From: Kiritimatiellia bacterium
GTDB lineage: Bacteria > Verrucomicrobiota > Kiritimatiellia > CAIQIC01 > Lenti-01
NCBI GenBank assembly: GCA_040768005.1
Contig: JAXGNL010000004.1
Span: forward strand, 18,153-82,152
Reading direction: 5' to 3'
Length of the DNA: 64,000 nt
The notes beneath the pieces are model-generated. The model saw only the letters and a program-made list of their open reading frames with translations. It had not been told where the DNA came from and did no database searches. Below, one piece after another: positions 8,443 through 16,612 of the stretch. A program made the position numbers and the translations under genes. Position 1 is the first letter of the stretch; each line of letters opens with the position of its first letter.

Positions 8443-10248
8443 CGTTCCATCCCTCTCGCCTGGCGGCTCACGGCGCCGAACTTGCACGCCTTGAGGCACT
8501 CGCCGCACTTGATGCAGTTCTCCTGGAGGATCCGGTGCGGCTTCTGCCGCTCGCCCTCGATCGTGTTCACCGGGCACTTGCGCGCGCACAGCGTGCAGCC
8601 GATGCACTTGGCCGGATCGATCTCGTAGGTCACCAGCTTCTTGCAGACCCCGGCCGGACAGCGATGGTCCTCGATGTGCGCCCGGTACTCCTCCGCGAAA
8701 TAGTGCACGTCGAGAGCACGGGTCGGGCGCCGGCCTGCCCCAGCCCGGCCAGCGCCGCCTTCTGCATCGCCGCGCCCACCTCCCGGATCTTGTCGAGATC
8801 CTCCGCCTCGCCGCGCGCCCTCGCGCAGATCTTCTCGAGCAGGTTCAGCAGCGTCCGCGTCCCGATCCGGCACGGCGCGCACTTGCCGCAGCTCTCCTTG
8901 TCCACGCAGAATTCCTGCAGAACTGCGCCACGTACAGCATGCAGTCGTCCTCGTCCATCACGATCATGCCGCCCGAGCCCATGATCGACCCCAGCTCCTG
9001 CAGATGCTCGTAGTCGATCGGCGTGTCCAGATACTCCGCCGTGATCACCCCGCCCGACGGCCCCCCCGTCTGCACCGCCTTGAACGCCTTGCCGCCCCGG
9101 ATCCCCCCGCCGATGTCGTAGATGATCTCCCGCAGCGTGATGCCCATCGGCACCTCGATCAGCCCCGAATTGATGATCTTGCCCGTCAGCGCAAACACCT
9201 TCGTGCCCGGGCTCTTCGGCGTGCCCACCTTCGCGAACGCCTCGCCCCCGTTGAGCAGAATCACCGGAATGTTCGCGTACGTCTCGACGTTGTTGATCAC
9301 CGTCGGCTTCTGCCACAGCCCCGACACCGCCGGGAACGGCGGACGCGGAATCGGCATGCCCCGCTTGCCCATGATCGACGCCAGCAGCGCCGTCTCCTCC
9401 CCGCAGACGAACGCCCCCGCCCCCAGCCGGATCTCCACGTCGAAATCAAACCCCGATCCCAGGATGTTCGCACCCAGCAGCCCGTACTCGCGCGCCTGCG
9501 CGATCGCCGTCTCCAGGTGCTCGATCGCCAGCGGATACTCCGCGCGGATGTAGATCACCCCCCTGGACGCCCCCACCGTCCGCCCCGCGATCGCCATCGC
9601 CTCCAGGATCGAGTGCGGATCGCCCTCGATCGTCGACCGGTCCATGTACGCCCCGGGATCCCCCTCATCCGCGTTGCACACCACGTACTTCTCGCCGCCC
9701 GGCGCGTCCTTCGTGAACTTCCATTTCATCCACGTCGGAAACCCCGCCCCGCCCCGCCCCCGCAGGCCGGACTTCTTCAGCTCCTCCACCACCTGGTCCG
9801 GCGTCATCTCCGTGAGCACCTTCGCCAGCGCCTCGTACCCCATCCGCGCGATGTATTCGTCGATCTTCTCCGGATCGATCACCCCGCAGTTGCGCAGCAC
9901 CATGCGGTACTGCTTCTGGTAGAACGACAGCTCCTCCATCCGGATCAGCGAGCGGTCCCGCCCCTTTTCGTACAGCAGCCGCTGCACCGGACGCCCCTTC
10001 AGCACGTGCTCGGCCACGATCTCCCGCGCGTCCGACGGCTGCACGCTGACGTAGAACGTCTCGTCGGGCAGGATCTTCACGATCGGCCCCTTCGCGCAGA
10101 AGCCGAAGCAGCCCGTCCGCACCACCTGCACCTTCCCCTGCGCCCCCTGCGCCGCCACCTCCTGCACCAGCGCCTCGTAGAGCTCGTTGCTGTGCGTCGC
10201 CACGCAGGCCGTTCCCCCGCACACCAGAATGTAGGTCTTGATCGCCAT
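8439..10248 (-). pseudogene. hndC: NAD(P)H-binding flavoprotein subunit of hydrogenase (HndC / NuoF-like), two frame breaks near the 3' end
   Basis: ORF 8845..10248 (MAIKTYILVCGGTAC ... GGMIVMDEDDCMLYVAQFC) continues in a different frame in ORF 8630..9316 (EFCVDKESCGKCAPCRIGT ... PVLST) and then in ORF 8439..8882 (LDVHYFAEEYRAHIEDHRCPAGVC...CIGCTLCARKCP...CIKCGEC). This is a NuoF-like core plus C-terminal 2x[4Fe-4S]. Confidence 0.85.
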
Positions 10249-10263
10249 CGCCCGGTCCTTCCT

Positions 10264-10656
10264 CTACTTGTGTATGATGTCCACCGCCGGCCGGTCGAAA
10301 ATGTGGTCGTCCACCAGCAGCTTCCGGACAATGTGCTGGTTCACGATCTTGCGCGCCGTCTCCGCATCCACGTTCCCGTAGATCACCGCCGGCATCCCCG
10401 GCGCCAGCACCTCCACCGTCGGCTCGCTGTGGCACAGGCCCATGCACCCCGTGTGCCGGATGCGCACGCGCCGCACCCCCGCCTTCACCAGCTCCTCCGC
10501 AAACACCGTCAGCAGGTCGATCGCCCCCGCCGCGATCCCGCACGTGCCCATCCCCACGATGATCTGCACCTCCAGCACGTCCGCCTTGCGCACGTGGAAC
10601 TCCGCCGCGCGCGCCTCGCGCAGCTTCCTCAGATCCTCCAATGCCAGCTTTGCCAT
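10264..10656 (-). CDS. hndB: small thioredoxin-like [2Fe-2S] ferredoxin subunit (HndB-like)
   Basis: ATG 10656 gives MAKLALEDLRKL...IVGMGTCGIAAG...RHTGCMGLCHSEP. A GAGG ribosome-binding site lies upstream. Confidence 0.7.
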   Translation of the reverse strand: MAKLALEDLRKLREARAAEFHVRKADVLEVQIIVGMGTCGIAAGAIDLLTVFAEELVKAGVRRVRIRHTGCMGLCHSEPTVEVLAPGMPAVIYGNVDAETARKIVNQHIVRKLLVDDHIFDRPAVDIIHK

Positions 10657-10673
10657 CCCGCACCTCGCTTCCG

Positions 10674-11186
10674 CTATTCCGCCCGCGCCTTCGCCTGGTA
10701 CTGCGCCACGATCCCCGCCACGTCCTCGCGCTTCAGGTTCCCGTGCATCGTGCCGTTCACCGACATCACCGGCGCCAGCCCGCAGCACCCCAGGCACCGC
10801 ACCGCCTCCACCGAAAACAGCCCGTCCGGCGTCACCGTGTTCAGCCCCACCCCCAGGATGTTCTCCAGCTCCTGCAGCAGATCCGCCGCCCCCTTCAGAT
10901 AGCACGCCGTGCCCATGCACACCGAAATCTGGAACCGCCCCGGCTTCTTCAGCTTGAAGAAATGGTAGAACGTCAGCACCCCGTACACCTTCGCCAGCGG
11001 GATCCCCAGCTGCTCCGCCACCTGGAACGCCGCCGGCCGCGGCACATACCCGAAATGCTCCTGCACCTTGTGCAGCACCATGATCAGATTGCCCGGCTCG
11101 TTCTTCCACTTCCGGATGAACGCCTCCAGCTCCGGCGTCAACGCCTCGTCCGCCGCCGGCTCCTTTTCCTGTTCCTTCGTGCCCAT
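10674..11186 (-). CDS. hndA: NuoE-like [2Fe-2S] subunit of NADP-reducing hydrogenase (HndA)
   Basis: 170 aa with a NuoE/HoxE-type Cys pattern (SVCMGTACYLKG ... CLGCCGLAPV). First gene of the minus-strand operon. Confidence 0.85.
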   Translation of the reverse strand: MGTKEQEKEPAADEALTPELEAFIRKWKNEPGNLIMVLHKVQEHFGYVPRPAAFQVAEQLGIPLAKVYGVLTFYHFFKLKKPGRFQISVCMGTACYLKGAADLLQELENILGVGLNTVTPDGLFSVEAVRCLGCCGLAPVMSVNGTMHGNLKREDVAGIVAQYQAKARAE

Positions 11187-11244
11187 CTCATTCCTCCATC
11201 CATCGGGATGTAAATGCTCACAGGCTATGGAAACGCTTTCCCGG

Positions 11245-11280
11245 ATTCAAGTGTTATTTTATTCATGATTTCACTTGAAT
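11245..11280. promoter_or_regulatory. 9-bp inverted repeat ATTCAAGTG-N18-CACTTGAAT in the AT-rich hndA/rex divergent promoter region
   Basis: Seen in the sequence at 11245-11253 and 11272-11280. Additional CTTGA/TCAAG half-sites occur at about 11316 and 11349. The intergenic region 11187-11342 has markedly low GC. Confidence 0.35.
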
Positions 11281-11342
11281 TGCATATTCCATCATTTTAT
11301 GGTCTTTTTGTAATAATATTCATGACTTGATAAGGATATATC

Positions 11343-11984
11343 GTGAAAGTCAAGAACATGATGATGCAAAAGGACATGATCCAGCGCCTGATTCGCTATA
11401 AAAACGCCCCTGCAAGAAATTCGAAGTCGCTGGGATTGACCCGAGTCTTCTCCGACAATCTGGGCGAAGCCGCCGGAACTTCCGCCGCGCTGGTGCGCAA
11501 GGACATCTCGCTGGCCGGCCTGACGGTCGGCAACAAGCGCGGGGGCTATCCCATTGACGCCCTGCTGCAGGGCCTCGACGCCCTTCTCGGCACCGACACC
11601 CAGCAGCGCGTCATCCTGGTCGGCTGCGGCAAAATCGGCACCGCCCTCATGCACTATCCCGGATTCTCCTCCGAATCCATCCAGATCGTCGCCGGATTCG
11701 ACAACAAACCCGACCGCCTGGACCCCGATGCCGCCATTCCCATTCTCCCGGTCGGCCAGCTCCCCGCGTCTGTGAAGGAAAACGGCATCCAGGTGGCCAT
11801 CCTGGCCGTGCCGGAATCCGCCGCCGCGGCGGTCTTTGATCAGCTCGCCGCCGCCGGCATCCAGGGCGTGCTCAATTTCTCCCCCGTCCAGCTCAAACCC
11901 GCCCCCGCCCTCATCGTCCAGAACATCAACATCGCCCTCGAAATCGAAAATCTCTTCACCTGCATCCGCTTCAACCAGCGGTGA
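11343..11984 (+). CDS. rex: redox-sensing transcriptional repressor Rex
   Basis: N-terminal winged-helix block (IQRLIRY ... RKDISLAGLTVGNKRGGYPIDALL) followed by an NAD(H)-binding Rossmann fold (RVILVGCGKIGTALMHY ... VAILAVPESAAAAVFDQLAAAGIQGVLNFSPVQL). The track start is a GTG at 11343. ATGs at 11358-11364 are alternative starts. Confidence 0.85.
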   Translation: MKVKNMMMQKDMIQRLIRYKNAPARNSKSLGLTRVFSDNLGEAAGTSAALVRKDISLAGLTVGNKRGGYPIDALLQGLDALLGTDTQQRVILVGCGKIGTALMHYPGFSSESIQIVAGFDNKPDRLDPDAAIPILPVGQLPASVKENGIQVAILAVPESAAAAVFDQLAAAGIQGVLNFSPVQLKPAPALIVQNINIALEIENLFTCIRFNQR

Positions 11985-12002
11985 CCCGCCCCCCCCTTGC
12001 CG

Positions 12003-13093
12003 GTGTCAGGCACTGACAATGTTGACAATTCAGGCGGCTAGCCCGCAGAGGTCCATGCGGCCGATAGTTGCTCCATAATCGCGTTGAGTTCCGAATCCTC
12101 CGCCATTCTCTGCCGAAGGCGCGCTGCCTGGCGACACACAGCGCCCGCTGTTTCGAATCCCAGAAACTCCGCCACGGCGCGTTGCGTCATGCGGCTATGC
12201 CGCATCAGCATGGATACGGCCGCCGCCCGGGCCTTTCCGCCATAGGACCGCCGAAACAGGGACTCCTCCTCCACCCCGAATGCCAGCGCCACCCGGTGAA
12301 CCACTTCTTCCGGCTCGATACGGACCGCCACCCGCCGCATGGCCTCCGAGCGAGTCCCGCGAATCGTTTCCGGCTCCGTGGAAGTCCGTTCCGAAACCTT
12401 GTCGCGAGATTGTTCCAATCCACTCTCCTGCTCCAGCCGGGACCAAGACCATGAAAGGCCCGTCTCAACAAACCGGCGATAGGCGGCACGCCGATGGGCC
12501 ATTTGTTTCTTCCCCATCAAAGCCAGGAGCGGCTTGTCATCCAGCATCTCCGACGCCGGAGCCAGGCCGGCATAAACCCGAAAGCTGCTCCAGGGATATC
12601 CACTCAAATAAGCCAACCTCTGCCTGTGTGAACCTTGCGGAGTCAACTCGCGGTTCACGGGATTCAGATGGATATACCGAGACAGATTCAGCAAATAGCG
12701 ATCCCCCTTCACCAGGACCGCCCCGTACCGCCCCTGCATCAGATGGCCGGTGCGGTCGTGCCGCAGATTGAAGTACAGCGTATAGGCCGTTTGCAACCGA
12801 TGCATGAAGCGGCTGAGATTGCCCCGCGGAGTTTCCACCAGCAAATGAAAATGGTTGGGCATGAGGCAGTACAGATAGAGACGAACGCCATCCTGCTCCA
12901 CGGCCAGGTCCAGGTTCTCCATAAAACGCCGCCGGTCTGCGTCGTCCATGAAAATCAATCCGCGACCCACTCCCCGCTGCGTCACGTGATAGATCGCACC
13001 CTCGTATTCAACTCGCCGCTTTCTGCCCATGCCATCATCCTGCCGGTTCTTTGTTCCCCCTGCAAGCAAATTGTCAGTGTCAGGCACTGACAT
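12003..13093. mobile_element. ~1.09-kb IS200-like mini-element (copy 1) bounded by REP-like hairpins
   Basis: The sequence GTGTCAGGCACTGACA (stem TGTCAG/CTGACA) occurs at 12003-12018 and 13077-13092, and each is followed by a TGACAATT-like segment. Between them lies a single transposase gene. Confidence 0.6.
12038..13030 (-). CDS. IS200-like HuH (Y1) transposase with C-terminal DnaA-like HTH domain (RAYT-like)
   Basis: ATG 13030 (MGRKRRVEYEGAIYHVTQRG...). HuH motif LMPNHFHLLVETP and catalytic-Tyr region GRYGAVLV...YIHLNP. The C-terminal ~100 aa resemble DnaA domain IV. Confidence 0.8.
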   Translation of the reverse strand: MGRKRRVEYEGAIYHVTQRGVGRGLIFMDDADRRRFMENLDLAVEQDGVRLYLYCLMPNHFHLLVETPRGNLSRFMHRLQTAYTLYFNLRHDRTGHLMQGRYGAVLVKGDRYLLNLSRYIHLNPVNRELTPQGSHRQRLAYLSGYPWSSFRVYAGLAPASEMLDDKPLLALMGKKQMAHRRAAYRRFVETGLSWSWSRLEQESGLEQSRDKVSERTSTEPETIRGTRSEAMRRVAVRIEPEEVVHRVALAFGVEEESLFRRSYGGKARAAAVSMLMRHSRMTQRAVAEFLGFETAGAVCRQAARLRQRMAEDSELNAIMEQLSAAWTSAG

Positions 13094-13167
13094 TTTATTT
13101 TTGACATATGTTGTTGCCGGATTGACGGGGATGGCATGAACGGTATCTTGAAAGAGGAAGTAATCCC

Positions 13168-16116
13168 GTGAAACGAATCCGCCGTATTTTCCGACTGGCG
13201 GCAGGGGCGTGTCTCCTGCTGGCGGCAGGCGCTGCCGCCGGCTCCCCGAACGCCTTCCGCACCCTGGTCGTCGTCAATACCAACTCGCCCGATTCGGTGG
13301 AACTCGGCACCTACTACGCGGAGCAGCACGGCATCCCCGCCCACCACATCTGCTCCCTCGGCATCGCCACCAATCTGGTTTCCGCCGGGTCCAACCAGTT
13401 CCACTCTCTGCTGCGAACCCCCGTCACCAACCACATCGCCGCCGAAAACCTCGACAGCCAGATCGATTTTGTCGTGCTGTGCGGAGCGTTTCCCACCCGG
13501 GTGGAAACCGTAGAGGGCGTCAGCGCCTCGCTGTTCTACGGCTTCCAGAATGCCCCCGGCTACAACGAAGGCGGCATCGGCTGCAACCTGCCCGATTTCA
13601 CCTCCAACGCCTACTTTCGCGCCGAGCGCGCCTTCCGCTCCGCCGACGGCTGGAACGATACCAACGGCTTCATCGCCTTTCATCTCATCGCCTCCAACCT
13701 GCCCGTCGCCAAACTGGTGGCGGACCGCGGCGCCGCCGCCCAATCCACCTTTCCTCCCTCGTCTTTCAATCTGCACATCCTCGGCAGCATCGGGCGCAGC
13801 GTCCGCGAAGCCCGCTTTGCCCACACCCGGTTTTCCTTCACCGCGCTGCCCGGCCTGGTTCCCCGGTGCCTCCTCGGCCCCTATCTCCAATACCTCTCCG
13901 GCAGCACCAATGCCATGGGCTATCACGACGGCTTCGGAAACATCCCGGCGATCTGCCGCACCAACAATATCTGGCTGCCGGGCGCGTATGCCGACCACAT
14001 GACCTCCTGCGGGGGAATGATCCCGGATCCCTGCGACAATCAATCCACCGTTCTGGACTGGATGGAGATCGGCGCCACCGCCTCCTACGGCACCGTGGAC
14101 GAACCCTGCAACTACCTGGAAAAATATCCGGATCCCCTCATGGCCTTCTGGTACGCCCGCGGATTCACCATCGGCGAAGCCTACGCCATGTCGCTTGAAG
14201 CCCCCTACCAGGGCCTGCTGGCCGGCGATCCCCTCGCCGCTCCCTTTGCCGCCGGCCCGCTGATCACCGTCACGTCGCCCGTCCCCTGGCAGATCGTCAC
14301 CGGCTCCATCCCGGTTCAGGTCTCCGCCGGCGCGCACCCCCAGGGGGGGCCGGCCGCCGCCCTCGACCTCTACCTTGACGGCCGCTGGCAGGCCGCCCTG
14401 ACCAACCTGGCCCCGACCCCCGGCAATGAACTCTCGGTTGTCGTCGGCGACCGCACCAACACGGTGGCCGTCAGCCCGGGCGACACCCTCTGCGATGCCG
14501 TCTCCAACCTGGCGGAAGCCGTCAATGCCGACGCCGCCTGCGTCGCCTCCGCCCGGGCGTGGGGCGACCGCCTTGAACTGGTTTACAAACACTTCGATCT
14601 CGCCGGCGACCATGTCCCGGTTTCCGCCTTCGCCGCCACGGGATCCGCCTCCGTTCTGACCCTCGGCACCGGCCTGGCCGCCACCAATCTCCATCCCAGC
14701 ACCTACTTCGCCCGCAAACGCCTGTTTCTTTTCGCCCATACCAACGGGATGTCCACCAACGTCGCCAACGCCGGCGACACCATCACCCTCGCGATCACCC
14801 TGACCAACGGCGTCGCCGTCACCAATCAATTCGTCGCCACCGCCGGGCAAACCATCACCAGCCTGATCGAGCAGATCCAGTTCGCCATCAACACCAATCC
14901 CGTTCTCAAGGCCAACAGCGGCGTCCGCTTCACCTATCTGGCCAACGGCATCGGCAACGTTCTGAATGACGGAACCCTCCTGGCCCGCACCGCGGGCCCC
15001 CGGGGCGGCACCAACCGGGTGGACTACACCGTCACGCCCGTCACCACCAACTACGGGCTGAGAACCAATTTCAATTTCTCGGGCTTCATGGACGACAATC
15101 CCGATGACGTCCGCCCCCGCGCCAATATTCTGTTCCACCTCACCCCCGGCAGCGGAAATCTGGAGGCCGCCACCTCTCTCGACACGGTTCCCCTCGACGA
15201 CGGCATCCACACGCTGGATGTCATCGCCCGCGACGGCTCCGCCGTCGCCGCCGCGTCCCGCCTGTCTCTCCCCCTGGCCGTTGCCAACACCTCGCTCGCA
15301 CTCCGTGTCTCCTCCGCCCACGGCAGCGGCTCCCCGCCTGCCGGGGTTTTCATCCATCCGCCCGGCGCCGTCCTGACCAACTCCATATCCGTCCCGGCTT
15401 CCTCCAACGGCACCCAGTTCGTCTGCACCGGCTGGGTCCTGACGGGCAACGAACCGCTGTCCGGCTCCGCCACGAATTTCACGATGACCCTGACCAACCA
15501 CGCCGAACTCACCTGGCTGTGGACCACCAACTACTGGCTCGATACCGAAGCCGGCGAACATGGCGCCGTCAATGTCCCGGACTCCTGGCAGCCCGGCGGC
15601 GTCTCCACCCAGATCACCGCCCTCCCCGACGCGTATTACGGCCTGGCGGAGTGGACCGGAGACGCCTCCGGAACGAATAATCCCCTGGACCTGCTGATGG
15701 ACGCCCCCCAAACGGTGCAGGCGACCTTCACCGCCCTGCTGGCCACCAACGGCACCCCCCAGTGGTGGCTGGCCGGGCACGGCTGGACCAACGACTTCGA
15801 CGCCGCCGCCACGAACGACGTGGATGAAGACGGCCGTTTCACCTGGCAGGAATATGTCGCCGATACCGACCCGACCAACGCCGCCAGTTTCCTGCATCCG
15901 CTGAGCACAACGGGCACCGTGGATTCGCTGGTCATCGGCTTTGATCCCACGTCCACCGGACGCCACTACTGGATCGACGCCACGGCGCTCATCGAATCCC
16001 CCGACTGGTCCAACCTCACCAACGCTCCCGGCACCGGCGGCGCCTGGCAGCCGGAATGGATCCCCCCCGCCACCGGGCTGCATTTCTACCGCGGACGGGT
16101 TTCCCTCCCCCCGTAA
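13168..16116 (+). CDS. large secreted repeat protein (982 aa) with C-terminal InlB-B-repeat-like/Ig-like domains
   Basis: Signal peptide MKRIRRIFRLAAGACLLLAAGAAAG. Thr/Asn/Gly-rich beta-repeat composition. Blocks of the C..GW...G....F and YGLAEWTGD type resemble the divergent InlB B-repeat. No catalytic motifs recognised. Confidence 0.55.
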   Translation: MKRIRRIFRLAAGACLLLAAGAAAGSPNAFRTLVVVNTNSPDSVELGTYYAEQHGIPAHHICSLGIATNLVSAGSNQFHSLLRTPVTNHIAAENLDSQIDFVVLCGAFPTRVETVEGVSASLFYGFQNAPGYNEGGIGCNLPDFTSNAYFRAERAFRSADGWNDTNGFIAFHLIASNLPVAKLVADRGAAAQSTFPPSSFNLHILGSIGRSVREARFAHTRFSFTALPGLVPRCLLGPYLQYLSGSTNAMGYHDGFGNIPAICRTNNIWLPGAYADHMTSCGGMIPDPCDNQSTVLDWMEIGATASYGTVDEPCNYLEKYPDPLMAFWYARGFTIGEAYAMSLEAPYQGLLAGDPLAAPFAAGPLITVTSPVPWQIVTGSIPVQVSAGAHPQGGPAAALDLYLDGRWQAALTNLAPTPGNELSVVVGDRTNTVAVSPGDTLCDAVSNLAEAVNADAACVASARAWGDRLELVYKHFDLAGDHVPVSAFAATGSASVLTLGTGLAATNLHPSTYFARKRLFLFAHTNGMSTNVANAGDTITLAITLTNGVAVTNQFVATAGQTITSLIEQIQFAINTNPVLKANSGVRFTYLANGIGNVLNDGTLLARTAGPRGGTNRVDYTVTPVTTNYGLRTNFNFSGFMDDNPDDVRPRANILFHLTPGSGNLEAATSLDTVPLDDGIHTLDVIARDGSAVAAASRLSLPLAVANTSLALRVSSAHGSGSPPAGVFIHPPGAVLTNSISVPASSNGTQFVCTGWVLTGNEPLSGSATNFTMTLTNHAELTWLWTTNYWLDTEAGEHGAVNVPDSWQPGGVSTQITALPDAYYGLAEWTGDASGTNNPLDLLMDAPQTVQATFTALLATNGTPQWWLAGHGWTNDFDAAATNDVDEDGRFTWQEYVADTDPTNAASFLHPLSTTGTVDSLVIGFDPTSTGRHYWIDATALIESPDWSNLTNAPGTGGAWQPEWIPPATGLHFYRGRVSLPP

Positions 16117-16130
16117 CCCCCCTCTCTCCG

Positions 16131-16188
16131 AAAACGAAAAAGCGAAGCCCGCAGGCTTCGCTTTCTTCCCGTTCACGATTCGGTGAAC
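16131..16188. terminator. bidirectional rho-independent terminator pair between the convergent 982-aa gene and infA
   Basis: Hairpin AGCGAAGCC-CGCA-GGCTTCGCT (16141-16162) flanked by an A-tract (AAAACGAAAA) on one side and TTCTT on the other. A second hairpin GTTCAC-GATTCG-GTGAAC lies at 16171-16188. Read on the minus strand the pair is followed by TTTTTCGTTTT. Confidence 0.6.
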
Positions 16189-16192
16189 CGTC

Positions 16193-16417
16193 TCAGGTTT
16201 TTTCGCGGAACGTGATCCGCCCCTTGGTCAGGTCATGCGGACTGATCTCCACCGTGACCTTGTCCCCGGTCGTGATCTTGATGAAATGCCGCCGCATCTT
16301 CCCCGAAATATGCCCCAGGATTTCGTGCCCGTTCGACAGCCGCACGCGGTACATCGTCGCCGGCAGCACTTTCACCACCTCGCCGGATACCGTAATCAGA
16401 TCGCTTTCCTTCGCCAT
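16193..16417 (-). CDS. infA: translation initiation factor IF-1
   Basis: ATG 16417 gives [71 protein letters not shown], a near-canonical S1-fold IF-1. Confidence 0.95.
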   Translation of the reverse strand: MAKESDLITVSGEVVKVLPATMYRVRLSNGHEILGHISGKMRRHFIKITTGDKVTVEISPHDLTKGRITFREKT

Positions 16418-16612
16418 AGGGCCACATAACTCCTTACTGCCAGCCAGGGAAGCTATCAGGATTTCCCCGCCCCATGCAACTGTTTTCACGACAGCGCCCC
16501 CCAGGCGGTCGGATCCATGGGCGAATCAGGTCCGCCTCTTCACCGCCCCCCTGCGGCCTTTCTTCCTGCCCGTGATTTTGCAAACGCCGCCAACTGGGGT
16601 ACGTTGCCAACC

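Noticed and set aside
9004-10902. 632-aa plus-strand ORF across hndC and hndB
   Set aside because: Antisense to well-supported hnd genes. Arg/His/Pro-rich low-complexity translation.
11187-11342. Canonical Rex operator (TTGTGAA-N4-TTCACAA) in the hnd/rex promoter
   Set aside because: I searched by eye and found only isolated GTGAAA/TTTCAC half-sites 70 bp apart. Not reported as a Rex box.
12982-16176. 1064-aa minus-strand ORF
   Set aside because: Antisense to the 982-aa secreted protein, which has a signal peptide and repeat architecture. The ORF is Gly/Ala/Val low-complexity.
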